From: an uncultured Pseudomonadota bacterium
GTDB taxonomy: Bacteria; Pseudomonadota; Alphaproteobacteria; RF32; CAG-239
Assembly (NCBI GenBank): GCA_949298065.1
Contig: CASFUZ010000014.1
Span: forward strand, 5,395-69,394
DNA length: 64,000 bases
Direction: 5' to 3'
The notes below the pieces were generated by a model. That model was given only the letters and a program-made list of their open reading frames with translations. It was not told the DNA's origin and made no database searches. Shown here piece after piece: positions 47,799 to 57,617 of this stretch. How positions within the stretch are numbered: position 1 is the first letter of the stretch; each line of letters begins with the position of its first letter. The position numbers and the translations under genes are program-made.

Positions 47799-48500
47799 CT
47801 ATTGCTTTTTTAACCAACGAATTTTATTTGCGCAAGCGCTTTGAGATAAGCCTTTCGCACGACACCGATTAACAATCACATTGGGAATTTTATCCATAGA
47901 ATAACAACCATCCCCAACCAATGTATAATCAAAATATGTTTCAGTATTGGGTTCAACATCATTATAACTTAGGGTTGTTTCCATATTCGGCCATTTTAAA
48001 CGGAAGCTCAAATTATTAATATTATTATCTAGGGTATGCAAAACACTAAAGCGCACATCACACATAACCATACCACTCATTGTTTGGTTAATATTAAAAT
48101 CTTTATAAAACAAGAATATAAGGCTTTCCTCTTCCGTTTGTTTTTCACCAGGTCCATACACCCGACGAATAGCCGCGCCGGTACCGCGTTTACCTTTCAA
48201 AGATTGACTTAAAGCCTCCGCCGCATCTTTTTGCGCTTTCTGAGCTGCCAGAGCTGCATCTTTTTGAGCCTGAGCGCCGGTTTTATCAACATCCAAATCA
48301 GGCATCTGAGCATCCTTTTGCTGTACAGGAGCAGACCTCGGATTAGCCCAAGTATTATTAAATTTAGGTTTCGTATCCTGTTGTGTATCAGCAGTATAAG
48401 AAGTTGGCTCAGCAAACATTTGTGCCCTTGCACCGACAGGTTTCAAGCACAACAAAGCGGCAAATATAACACAAGCATTTTTTTTCCAACTTTTTGCCAT
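47799..48500 (-). CDS. hypothetical secreted protein (paralog of next gene in C-terminal domain)
   Basis: Signal peptide; C-terminal region with CD...F.N.S...L.L.W pattern shared with 48517-49263. Confidence 0.45.
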   Translation of the reverse strand: MAKSWKKNACVIFAALLCLKPVGARAQMFAEPTSYTADTQQDTKPKFNNTWANPRSAPVQQKDAQMPDLDVDKTGAQAQKDAALAAQKAQKDAAEALSQSLKGKRGTGAAIRRVYGPGEKQTEEESLIFLFYKDFNINQTMSGMVMCDVRFSVLHTLDNNINNLSFRLKWPNMETTLSYNDVEPNTETYFDYTLVGDGCYSMDKIPNVIVNRCRAKGLSQSACANKIRWLKKQ

Positions 48501-48516
48501 ATTCCGCTCCCGACAA

Positions 48517-49263
48517 CTACTTAATTTCGGACAATGATTGTGTTAAAATATCTAAGCTTTTAACCGTTTGCTGATATTGTTCTTCCATTTCTTTTTCCTG
48601 ATTAGCTCTTTCTTTTACTTCAGCATTTTTCTTTGCGTCAAAAGAAATTTCTTGAAAACCGGTATAATATTCAGGATTATCCAAAGAGACAAAACTAAAC
48701 AAAGCATTACAGCTGTTATTAGACGACAAAGAAGAGCTGCCTGGAGCCTGCTTAACGACACAAGACCTAACTCTGATAGCCAAATCATCAAGCAACATAT
48801 AACAACGATCAGTTTTAACAGATTGTTTAACAGTCACTTGTTTATAAGACTTAACGGCCGGCATATTAACAGAAGCTGTCAATTGAGGAGGGTTTTGTTT
48901 CTGAGTATAAGAAAAACCGGCATCCACATCCTCGCCCTTAGACTTTTGGGCGGCGCTCTCTTCTTTTTCATTCTCAATCACAGATGTCAAGGAATTATCT
49001 TCCCAAGTCAAATCCAGCTGAGCACTGGAAATATCCTTCAAAGAGCGATTATAAAACGTAACATAAAAATCACAAGACGTAACGACATCCCCGTTCAAAG
49101 CTTTAATTGGGGTAATATCATGCACTTTAAACAAGATAGCCTCATCCTCTTCTTCGGCAACCGGAGCCGCATTATTCTTTTCTACTTGAGCATTAGCAAC
49201 ACCAGCCGCCAACATCAAAGCGGCAATTTCCAACCAAAATTTATTTTGAAATTTCATTGTCAT
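48517..49263 (-). CDS. hypothetical secreted protein
   Basis: Signal peptide (AGVANAQ); shared domain with 47799-48500. Confidence 0.45.
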   Translation of the reverse strand: MTMKFQNKFWLEIAALMLAAGVANAQVEKNNAAPVAEEEDEAILFKVHDITPIKALNGDVVTSCDFYVTFYNRSLKDISSAQLDLTWEDNSLTSVIENEKEESAAQKSKGEDVDAGFSYTQKQNPPQLTASVNMPAVKSYKQVTVKQSVKTDRCYMLLDDLAIRVRSCVVKQAPGSSSLSSNNSCNALFSFVSLDNPEYYTGFQEISFDAKKNAEVKERANQEKEMEEQYQQTVKSLDILTQSLSEIK

Positions 49264-49355
49264 ATCCTTATATATTTACGTCTATAATCGGTATTTATCC
49301 AAATAATAATCCATTTATTTTAATTTACCAACAAATTATGAACAAAAGGATAACA

Positions 49356-50156
49356 TCATTGCATAAGTTTTTGTTTCATACGCAACAAATCTACCCAAGC
49401 TTTAGCTTTTTGAGCCGTATTTCTCAACAAATATGCCGGATGAAAACTAGCCAAAACCGGAATAATTTTACCTTTCGGAGTTTTATATTCCAACCACTTT
49501 CCACGCAAGCGAGAAATAGGCTCTTCATTATCCAAAAGCGCGTTAGCCGCACTTCCACCCAAGACGACAATAACATCAGGCTCAATCAGCTCAATCTGTC
49601 TTTTCAAAAACGGTAAACAAACCGCAATTTCACCATCTGTCGGCGTACGGTTCCCTGGCGGCCGCCAAGGCAAAACATTTGTAATATAGCAAGAGTTCCT
49701 ATCCATTCCGACAGCTTGCAGCATTTTATCCAAGAGATGCCCGCTTCTGCCGACAAAAGGCAAACCGATTCTGTCCTCGTCCGCCCCCGGAGCTTCGCCG
49801 ATAAGCATAACTTTTGAATTTGGATTTCCGCCGCCGAACACGGTTTTATTGGCGGTTAGTTTCAAAGCACAACCATCAAAGCTCTCAACCAAACGCTTAA
49901 GCTCGTCCAAAGAGCTCACTTCTGAACAAATATCTCTGGCATTTTTGCAAGCAGAAATTGTGGCCTGAGCCAAATCCGTTGTTGCGGCTCTGGGCTTGGT
50001 GCTATCTTCGGCTCTGGTCGTTAACATAGGCTTAGGAGGCTCAACCACCTTTGGTTTAGGTGCTTCAAGTCCAAACGGAACTTCACCGAAAGTTTCATCA
50101 ACTCCGGCGGTAACATACCATTCCAAAATTTGTCTTATATTCAAATTATCTTCCAT
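49356..50156 (-). CDS. uracil-DNA glycosylase, family 4 type, with N-terminal extension
   Basis: GEAPGADEDRIGLPFVGRSGHLLDKML motif characteristic of family-4 UDG. Confidence 0.8.
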   Translation of the reverse strand: MEDNLNIRQILEWYVTAGVDETFGEVPFGLEAPKPKVVEPPKPMLTTRAEDSTKPRAATTDLAQATISACKNARDICSEVSSLDELKRLVESFDGCALKLTANKTVFGGGNPNSKVMLIGEAPGADEDRIGLPFVGRSGHLLDKMLQAVGMDRNSCYITNVLPWRPPGNRTPTDGEIAVCLPFLKRQIELIEPDVIVVLGGSAANALLDNEEPISRLRGKWLEYKTPKGKIIPVLASFHPAYLLRNTAQKAKAWVDLLRMKQKLMQ

Positions 50157-50330
50157 AATTCTACAAATTAAAGCAAATCAAAATATTTTCAAGAACAAAC
50201 CTCGTGTTATGATATAAATTATTTATTTACACACTATATGTATAATCTTGAAATTGTTATTGTATGATTTTAAAATTTATATAGAATATTCAGAGATTTT
50301 AGGCAGATTCCTAAAATAAACGGGAAATAA

Positions 50331-52127
50331 TTGGTTATGGCAAAATTTGGCTACATATTCGCTTTCATTTTCGGCTTTGTTCTGTTCAACTCTTGCACCA
50401 AGCAAGCAGAGCTTACCTCCTCTCCGCAAACCGAAAACTTTATTCTTAAAGACACAAAGCTCAAAAAATCTTATGGTGCATATCTGGCCGGACGCGTAGC
50501 CCACTTGCGCAAAAACTTCAATGTTGCCGCGGATTATTATATGGAAGCCCTAAGTGAAGACCCTGAGAACAAAGAGCTTTTAGGACGAGTTTATGTCATT
50601 TTGGCTTCCAAAGGGCGCATTTCCGAAGCGGCCAAATATGCCGAGATTTCACTCAAAAAGGGCGACAAAAACAACTTCACCTATATCATTATGGCTGTTG
50701 ATGAAATGAAAAAAGGCAATTTTGCCGAGGTCAACGAAACCATTAACCAGTTGGACGGTCCGGTTTATAAAGAATTTATCATTCCGCTGATGTCCGCTTG
50801 GGCTTATGCCGGTCTTAATCAGCCGGAAAAAGCACTTAAAACTTTGTCTGTTTTAGACAAAGAGCCAAGTTTTCGCGCATTGTATCATTTCCATGCCGGC
50901 ATGATTAATGATTATTTTGACCGCACGGATGAAGCACGCCGCAATTACGAAATTATTGTCAATGATGAGAACATGGAAATGTCTTTCCGTGCCTTACAAG
51001 TCATTACCAACTTTTACATTCGCAACGGCGAAAAAGACAAAGCCGTCAAGCTAACTACTCATTATACGGATGAAAAACTTTTGGCCGATATGCTCAACAA
51101 ATTGGCCAAGAATGTACGCAAAGCCAAGCCCGAAAAGACAACAAAGATTGTCAATGACCCCAACATTGGTATGTCTGAGGCCCTGTTTAGCATTGCCGCG
51201 ACTTTAAGACAAGGCAGTTCCGGCATAGACTTAGCCCATATTTTCATCAGCCTTTCCATTTATGCCAACCCCAAATATGACCTAGCCAAACTCTTGTTGG
51301 CAGATATTTTGGAAAGCCGCGAAATGTATGCCGAAGCCAACAGCATTTATGACGAGATTAATGAAACCTCGGAAGCTTATTATTCAGCTCAGGTCAAAAA
51401 AGCCGGAAATCTGGTCATTTTGCAAGATTATGCCTCCGCAGAATTATTACTCAAATCTCTGGCATTAGAAACAGCCAATAACTACCAATTATTATTGGAT
51501 TTAGGCGATGTTTTGCGTATCCGTAACAAACATGACGAAGCCATCACCTATTATCAGGAAGCTCTAAAGGACCTGCCCAAAATTGAAAATCAGCACTGGG
51601 TTTTATTCTATGCCTTAGGTATCTCCTATGACAGCATAGGCGAATGGGACAAAGCCGAAGAGAACTTTCGCAAAGCCTTAGAACTAAGTCAAAACCATTA
51701 TCTTGTCCTAAACTTTTTGGGCTATAGCTTGCTTAAGCACGGCAAAAACACGGATGAAGCTTTTGGTATGATTGTAGATGCCTACAACCAACTTCCCAAT
51801 GACGGACATATAACCGACAGCTTGGGTTGGGCTTTTTATCGTCTGGGTAAATATGACCAAGCAATAGAATATTTGGAAAAGGCAGCAGAGCTTGTTCCGT
51901 CCAACGCGCTCATCTGCGACCACTTAGGTGATGCTTACTGGTTTGGCGGCAGGAAGAACGAAGCCATTTTCCAATGGAACCATGCCCTGATTTTGGAAGA
52001 CGAAACCAATGAGATTGATAAAGAAGCCGTCCGCCAAAAACTTTCTTCCCGAAAGGTAGAAAACAAGGTTCTGCCTTATACAAAAGAAGTTGTTGAAAAA
52101 AAGATTAGCGAAATCACTAATGAATAA
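50331..52127 (+). CDS. TPR-repeat lipoprotein
   Basis: Signal peptide plus lipobox (LFNSC), many TPR units. Confidence 0.7.
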   Translation: MVMAKFGYIFAFIFGFVLFNSCTKQAELTSSPQTENFILKDTKLKKSYGAYLAGRVAHLRKNFNVAADYYMEALSEDPENKELLGRVYVILASKGRISEAAKYAEISLKKGDKNNFTYIIMAVDEMKKGNFAEVNETINQLDGPVYKEFIIPLMSAWAYAGLNQPEKALKTLSVLDKEPSFRALYHFHAGMINDYFDRTDEARRNYEIIVNDENMEMSFRALQVITNFYIRNGEKDKAVKLTTHYTDEKLLADMLNKLAKNVRKAKPEKTTKIVNDPNIGMSEALFSIAATLRQGSSGIDLAHIFISLSIYANPKYDLAKLLLADILESREMYAEANSIYDEINETSEAYYSAQVKKAGNLVILQDYASAELLLKSLALETANNYQLLLDLGDVLRIRNKHDEAITYYQEALKDLPKIENQHWVLFYALGISYDSIGEWDKAEENFRKALELSQNHYLVLNFLGYSLLKHGKNTDEAFGMIVDAYNQLPNDGHITDSLGWAFYRLGKYDQAIEYLEKAAELVPSNALICDHLGDAYWFGGRKNEAIFQWNHALILEDETNEIDKEAVRQKLSSRKVENKVLPYTKEVVEKKISEITNE

Positions 52128-52153
52128 AAAAACTTTTTAACCAGACTTAAAAA

Positions 52154-52185
52154 TAAAGCCCTCTTTGAAAGAGGGCTTTATCATT
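52154..52185. terminator. bidirectional intrinsic terminator
   Basis: aagccctctt-tgaa-agagggctt hairpin. Confidence 0.7.
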
Positions 52186-52195
52186 TCAGAAAAAC

Positions 52196-54583
52196 CTATT
52201 GCCTGAGCTCGGCATTACATTTTTTCTTCATCTCCTGAATAACCTTATTCATCAGATTTTCAATATCCTGATCCGTAAAGGTCTTGTCTTTCGGTTGGAA
52301 GGTCAAAGCCAAAGCAATAGACTTCTTACCTTCCGGCAGATTTTCGCCTTCATACACGTCAAAGACACGCACATCTGCAATAAATTCTCTGTCTGCGGTC
52401 TTGGCTGCCGTCATCAAATTGATGGCAGGAACGGTCTTGTCAACCACAAAAGCCAAATCCTTATCTACGGGTTGGAATGAAGACAATTCAAGTTTTTTCT
52501 TAGCTTTGTCATTGCTTGTTCTCGGCAACGGAATATTGCTCAAAACAACTTCAAAAGCCATAACCCGCTGTTTGATACCAAACTTCTTTAAGACAGCCGG
52601 ATGAAGTTCTCCGAAATAAGCCAACACGTTTTTACCCAAACGCAAAGCCCCCGAACGTCCCGGATGATAATAAGACGGCGCATCTAAGGTAATCTGCGCA
52701 TTTTCAAACGGACCGTTCGCTGCCGCGATTGCCGCCAAAGCATCAGCCTTAACATCAAACACATCATAAGCCCGCGCCGAACCATTCCAGTCTTTCTTAG
52801 AGGTCATGCCGCAACGAACCCCTGCGGCAACCTGATTTTGTTCTCCGGGTTTACGACCGAAGAACTCCGGCCCCACCTCAAACAAAGCCACATTACCATA
52901 TCCTCGGGCAGCATTGTTCTTTACAGCCAACAATAAATTTGGCAAAAGTGATGGCCGCATCTCATCCAAATCAGCGGCAATCGGGTTAAATAGTAAAACA
53001 GGCTCTTTACCTTTACGGAAATCTTTTGCCAGATTTGAATCGGTAAAGCTCCAAGTAACCGTTTCATACATACCGCGAGAAGCCAACTCATGCTTCAACG
53101 TAACGGCACGGCGCTGTGCCGAAGACAATACCTGTTTGGGGAACTTTCCATGCGGCAAAGATTCAGGCTCAATCGCATCCAAACCAATCATCCGCACAAC
53201 TTCTTCAACCAAGTCATGCTCACCCTCAATATCCCCGCGCCATGTTGGGGAGATTGCCTTAATTTTGTCGTTTTCTTCGCTGGTTACAAAGCCCAAATGA
53301 TTCAAAATCTCAACAATTTTTTCTTTACTTACTTCCATACCGATTAAATCTTTAATCCGGCTCGGACGAATATAAGCAACTCTTTGCTCATTAGGCTCAC
53401 TTCCGGCAACAACCACTTCGGAAGCCTCACCGCCGCAAATTTCCAAAATCATCTGCGTTGCATAGTCAGAACCTAAAATATTAGATTTCGGATCAACCCA
53501 ACGCTCATAACGATATCTGGAATCAGAATCAATGGCAAACTTGCGTCCCGTGCGGGCAATGCATTCCGGCGTAAACAAAGCGCACTCCAAAAAGACATTG
53601 GTCGTATCATCACTGCAGCCTTTTTCGGCACCGCCCATAATACCGCCCAAGCATTGTACACCTTCATCATCGCAGATTCCGAGAGATTTGTTATCCAAGG
53701 CATATTCCTTTTCTTCCAAGGATACGAATTTTTCGCCCTCTTTAGCCATTCTGACCACAATATCGCCTTTGAGTTTGTCGGCATCAAAAACATGCAACGG
53801 ACGCGCCATATCATAATTGATATAGTTGGTAATATCCACCAACGGCGAAATTGGGCGCAGGCCGATAGCTGTTAAACGGTCTTTCATCCACTTCGGCGTT
53901 TCGGCTTTATTATTAACATTTTTAATATATCTGCCGACATAAACCGGACAAACGTCAAAATCTTCAATTTTTACATTAATTGGGCTCTTGAACTTACCGT
54001 CAGTCTTAGAAATTTTCAAAGGCTTAAGTGTTCCAAGGCCAGCTGCGGCCAAATCACGAGCCACACCGCGTACACCCAAACATTCAGCACGGTTAGGCGT
54101 AATATTAATCTCAATCACGGGGTCAATATTCAAAATCTCTGCTGCCGGAAGACCGACTTTGGTGTCTGCTGGCAGTTCAATAATTCCCGTATGATCTTCG
54201 CCGACACCGAGCTCTTTTTCTGAGCACATCATACCGAAGCTCTCCACACCGCGGATTTTGCCAACCTTCAACTCTTCACCATAGCAAGGAATAACCACGC
54301 CAACGGGTGCAAAAATACCTTTCAAACCTTGCTTGCAGTTTGGTGCACCGCAAACAACCTGCAGCTTCTCCTTACCGGTATTAACCGTCAACAAACCCAA
54401 GTGGTCTGAATTCGGGTGTCTTTCATAAGTTTCAACTTCTGCTGTAATAAAACCGTCTAACTTACTGGCAGGATTGAATATTTCCTCAACTTCTAAGCCG
54501 ATTTTTGTCAGCGTCTCAGCAATTTCATCCACCGAGGCTGTTGTATCCAAATGTTCTTTCAACCACGAAATAGAAAATTTCAT
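52196..54583 (-). CDS. pheT: phenylalanine--tRNA ligase beta subunit
   Basis: 795 aa; tRNA-binding N-domain, B3/4, B5, FDX-ACB domains; overlaps pheS stop. Confidence 0.95.
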   Translation of the reverse strand: MKFSISWLKEHLDTTASVDEIAETLTKIGLEVEEIFNPASKLDGFITAEVETYERHPNSDHLGLLTVNTGKEKLQVVCGAPNCKQGLKGIFAPVGVVIPCYGEELKVGKIRGVESFGMMCSEKELGVGEDHTGIIELPADTKVGLPAAEILNIDPVIEINITPNRAECLGVRGVARDLAAAGLGTLKPLKISKTDGKFKSPINVKIEDFDVCPVYVGRYIKNVNNKAETPKWMKDRLTAIGLRPISPLVDITNYINYDMARPLHVFDADKLKGDIVVRMAKEGEKFVSLEEKEYALDNKSLGICDDEGVQCLGGIMGGAEKGCSDDTTNVFLECALFTPECIARTGRKFAIDSDSRYRYERWVDPKSNILGSDYATQMILEICGGEASEVVVAGSEPNEQRVAYIRPSRIKDLIGMEVSKEKIVEILNHLGFVTSEENDKIKAISPTWRGDIEGEHDLVEEVVRMIGLDAIEPESLPHGKFPKQVLSSAQRRAVTLKHELASRGMYETVTWSFTDSNLAKDFRKGKEPVLLFNPIAADLDEMRPSLLPNLLLAVKNNAARGYGNVALFEVGPEFFGRKPGEQNQVAAGVRCGMTSKKDWNGSARAYDVFDVKADALAAIAAANGPFENAQITLDAPSYYHPGRSGALRLGKNVLAYFGELHPAVLKKFGIKQRVMAFEVVLSNIPLPRTSNDKAKKKLELSSFQPVDKDLAFVVDKTVPAINLMTAAKTADREFIADVRVFDVYEGENLPEGKKSIALALTFQPKDKTFTDQDIENLMNKVIQEMKKKCNAELRQ

Positions 54584-55683
54584 CTTGCCAATCCTCCGTT
54601 ATTACTCAAACCGCCTGTCATTGAAGACTCATCCAACGGCAAAAATCCATAATGCTTCAACCAACGCACATCCGATTCAAAGAACGTGCGCAAATCCGGA
54701 ATACCATATTTCAGCATAGCCAATCTGTCTAAGCCCATACCAAACGCAAATCCCTGATACTCATCGGGGTCAATACCTCCGGCACGCAAAACATTCGGAT
54801 GCACCATACCGCAGCCCAAAATCTCCAACCAATCTGTTCCGGCACCGATTTTGAGCTCATTTTTGGTCTTCAAACAACCAATATCCATTTCTGCCGAAGG
54901 CTCCGTAAACGGAAAATATGACGGACGATACCGAACCGGAATCTCATCCAACTCAAAAAAGGCCTTCACAAAATCATACAAACAACCTTTCAGATGCGCC
55001 ATAGTTGTCGTCTTATCAATAACCAAACCCTCAACTTGGTGGAACATTGGGGTATGAGTTGCATCATAGTCTGAACGATATGTGCGTCCCGGCGCAATAA
55101 TACGGATCGGTAACGGATGATTTTCCATTGTTCTGATTTGCACCGGCGAAGTATGCGTTCTGACCACAAAACTATCATCTTTATCATCGCTGTCAGGATT
55201 CGGAATATAAAAAGTATCCTGCATTTGGCGTGCCGGATGGTTGGCCGGCATATTCAAAGCATTAAAATTGTGGAACTGGTCCTCAATATCCGGACCTTCG
55301 GCAACTTCAAATCCCATCTCGCCGAAAATAGCCACAACTTCTTCATAAATTTTGCTAACCGGATGAATGCGACCTTGTTGTTCCGGTCTAATCGGCAAAG
55401 TAACATCAATTCTTTCTGCGGCCAACTTTGCTTCCAATTCTTTTGTGGCCAACTCTTCCTTTTTGGCATCCAAAGCTTTTTCCACATCAGACTTCAAGAT
55501 ATTAAGGCTTTTGCCCATTTCCTTTTTCTCTTCAACGGAAAGTCCGCCCAAGTTTTTCATCAACTCGGTAATTTTGCCTTTTTTACCCAAAACGGCAACG
55601 CGCACCTCTTCCAAAGACTTCATATCCGAGGCTTTTTCCACCTCAGCCAGAAGCTCTTTTTTCAAATCATCCATATTTTCCAT
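54580..55683 (-). CDS. pheS: phenylalanine--tRNA ligase alpha subunit
   Basis: Class II aaRS motifs (FRPSYFPFTEPS, GAGTDWLEILGCGMVHPNVL). Confidence 0.95.
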   Translation of the reverse strand: MENMDDLKKELLAEVEKASDMKSLEEVRVAVLGKKGKITELMKNLGGLSVEEKKEMGKSLNILKSDVEKALDAKKEELATKELEAKLAAERIDVTLPIRPEQQGRIHPVSKIYEEVVAIFGEMGFEVAEGPDIEDQFHNFNALNMPANHPARQMQDTFYIPNPDSDDKDDSFVVRTHTSPVQIRTMENHPLPIRIIAPGRTYRSDYDATHTPMFHQVEGLVIDKTTTMAHLKGCLYDFVKAFFELDEIPVRYRPSYFPFTEPSAEMDIGCLKTKNELKIGAGTDWLEILGCGMVHPNVLRAGGIDPDEYQGFAFGMGLDRLAMLKYGIPDLRTFFESDVRWLKHYGFLPLDESSMTGGLSNNGGLAR

Positions 55684-55807
55684 ATTTCCACCTAAATATT
55701 AAACTCTAACTTTAACTTTTTAAAATTTCTGTCTGAATTTAAAATAATAAAGAGTTAACCCGAAAAACGAGGTCAACTCTTTATATAAAATGCTTTTACA
55801 AAGTAGA

Positions 55808-56167
55808 TTACTTGCTCAAAGCGCTTTTTGCTTGTTCAACCAATTTGGCGAAGTTTGCAGGCTCTTTCAAAGCAATATCAGCAAGGACTTTTCGGTCGAG
55901 TTCAATGCCGGCTTTGTTAAGCCCGCTGATAAATCGCGAATAAGTCATATCATGCAAACGAGTAGCGGCGTTGATGCGTTGAATCCACAAAGAACGGAAA
56001 TTTCTCTTCTTTGCTCTTCTGTCGCGATAAGCATATTGCAATGCTTTTTCAACTTTTTCAACGGCAACTCTGAAAACGTTTTTATTACGACCTCTGTAAC
56101 CTTTGGCCATATCCAGAATTTTCTTGTGGCGTGCGTGAGCAACTACGCCTCTTTTAACGCGAGACAT
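55808..56167 (-). CDS. rplT: 50S ribosomal protein L20
   Basis: [18 protein letters not shown]... canonical L20. Confidence 0.95.
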   Translation of the reverse strand: MSRVKRGVVAHARHKKILDMAKGYRGRNKNVFRVAVEKVEKALQYAYRDRRAKKRNFRSLWIQRINAATRLHDMTYSRFISGLNKAGIELDRKVLADIALKEPANFAKLVEQAKSALSK

Positions 56168-56179
56168 CTAAATTTCCTC

Positions 56180-56377
56180 CTACAAATAAGGTAAAAACTG
56201 TTTAACAATCTTGGTATCAGACTCAGACAACAGAGTAGTACCGCGAGCTTGTCTTTTCATTTTTTGTGTTTTGCAGAAGAGGCAGTGTCTCTTTTTTGCA
56301 AAGTTTCTTTTCAATTTGCCGGTTCCGGTAACACCGAAGCGTTTTTTAACGGAACTCTTAGTTTTCAACTTAGGCAT
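56180..56377 (-). CDS. rpmI: 50S ribosomal protein L35
   Basis: Start at [14 protein letters not shown] (not the upstream ORF-track ATG). Confidence 0.9.
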   Translation of the reverse strand: MPKLKTKSSVKKRFGVTGTGKLKRNFAKKRHCLFCKTQKMKRQARGTTLLSESDTKIVKQFLPYL

Positions 56378-56518
56378 TTTGCTTCCTTTCAATAAAGTTA
56401 TTATTTGGATGCTTTACGAGCATTCAGGCATGCCATACCAGCTCTGCAATGCTCAAAACAAGAGCGTTATACACTCAAGATTCCTATTTTGCAAGCACTT
56501 TTTTAGCTCTTTTGTTTT

Positions 56519-56875
56519 CTAATAATAAATTCCTTCATTATCATCACGTTGTTTACGAACAAAATCAGCCAATTCGGCGCTTGAAAGAAAACCGTCTTCA
56601 TCCGTATCGGCAGCTTTAAACTGTTGTTCGGGAGACATATAAAAACCCTCTTTCTTGGCACGACGCACATTTCTTCTTTCATCCCGACCATAATTTGCCA
56701 CTTTGCGCTTAAATTCATCCAAAGAGAGTTTTCCATCTCTGTCTGCATCCAGCTCATTCATCTGCCAATTAGCAATTTTATCGGAGCGAGATACGATTCC
56801 TTCCGGAGCATTATACTTTGCTTCTGCCTCGCAAACAAAAGCCATCACAAACAACAAAGCCACTATTTTTTTCAT
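56519..56875 (-). CDS. secreted EF-hand calcium-binding protein (two EF-hand loops)
   Basis: Start at MKKIVALL with AGGAGG RBS; signal peptide; loops DADRDGKLSLDEF and DTDEDGFLSSAEL. Confidence 0.7.
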   Translation of the reverse strand: MKKIVALLFVMAFVCEAEAKYNAPEGIVSRSDKIANWQMNELDADRDGKLSLDEFKRKVANYGRDERRNVRRAKKEGFYMSPEQQFKAADTDEDGFLSSAELADFVRKQRDDNEGIYY

Positions 56876-56894
56876 TTCCAAGCCTCCTTGTTTT

Positions 56895-57617
56895 TTAATA
56901 AAAATTTTCCCCCGGAGCAAAGACTTGCGCGCGCAAATCTATCAGTTTTCCGTCTTGGAGCTTAACCTTGCGGTCCATTTTATCAGCCAACTCAAAGTTA
57001 TGCGTAGCAATCAATGCCGACAAGCCTGTTTCTTTAACAATAGAGAGCAACTCTAAGAAAACACTTTCAGATGTTTTAGGGTCAAGGTTTCCGGTGGGTT
57101 CATCTGCCAACAGGAGCTTTGGTGAATTAGCCAAGGCTCTGGCAATAGCCACACGCTGCTGCTCGCCGCCCGAAAGCTCCGCCGGCCGATGTTTAAGCCT
57201 TTTGCTCAATCCTAAGCGTTCCAAAAGCCAGCGAGCCTTTTCCCGAGCCGTTTTAGTATCCACGCCGGCAATCAATTGCGGCAACATCACATTTTCGGTC
57301 GCGTCAAAATCTGCCAACAAATTATGATACTGATAAACAAATCCCAAATAATCGCGCCGCAAAGCCGTCCGCATACCATCGCCAAGTTTGCTGCATTTCA
57401 TATCATCAAGCAAGATTTCACCTTTGCTTGGTCTGTCCAACAAACCGGCAATCTGCAGCATTGTAGACTTTCCGGAACCAGACGGTCCGATTAAAGCAAC
57501 AATTTCGCCCGGCATAATCTCAAGGTCAACACCTTTCAAAACCTCAAGCGTCTGGCTACCCTGCTTAAAGCTCTTGCTTATTTTTTTCAGGCTCAAAGTC
57601 GGTTTAACATTATTCAT
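56895..57617 (-). CDS. lolD: lipoprotein-releasing system ATP-binding protein LolD
   Basis: ABC Walker A GPSGSGKST, signature LSGGEQQR, Walker B LLLADEPTG; start at MNNVKPTL. Confidence 0.85.
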   Translation of the reverse strand: MNNVKPTLSLKKISKSFKQGSQTLEVLKGVDLEIMPGEIVALIGPSGSGKSTMLQIAGLLDRPSKGEILLDDMKCSKLGDGMRTALRRDYLGFVYQYHNLLADFDATENVMLPQLIAGVDTKTAREKARWLLERLGLSKRLKHRPAELSGGEQQRVAIARALANSPKLLLADEPTGNLDPKTSESVFLELLSIVKETGLSALIATHNFELADKMDRKVKLQDGKLIDLRAQVFAPGENFY

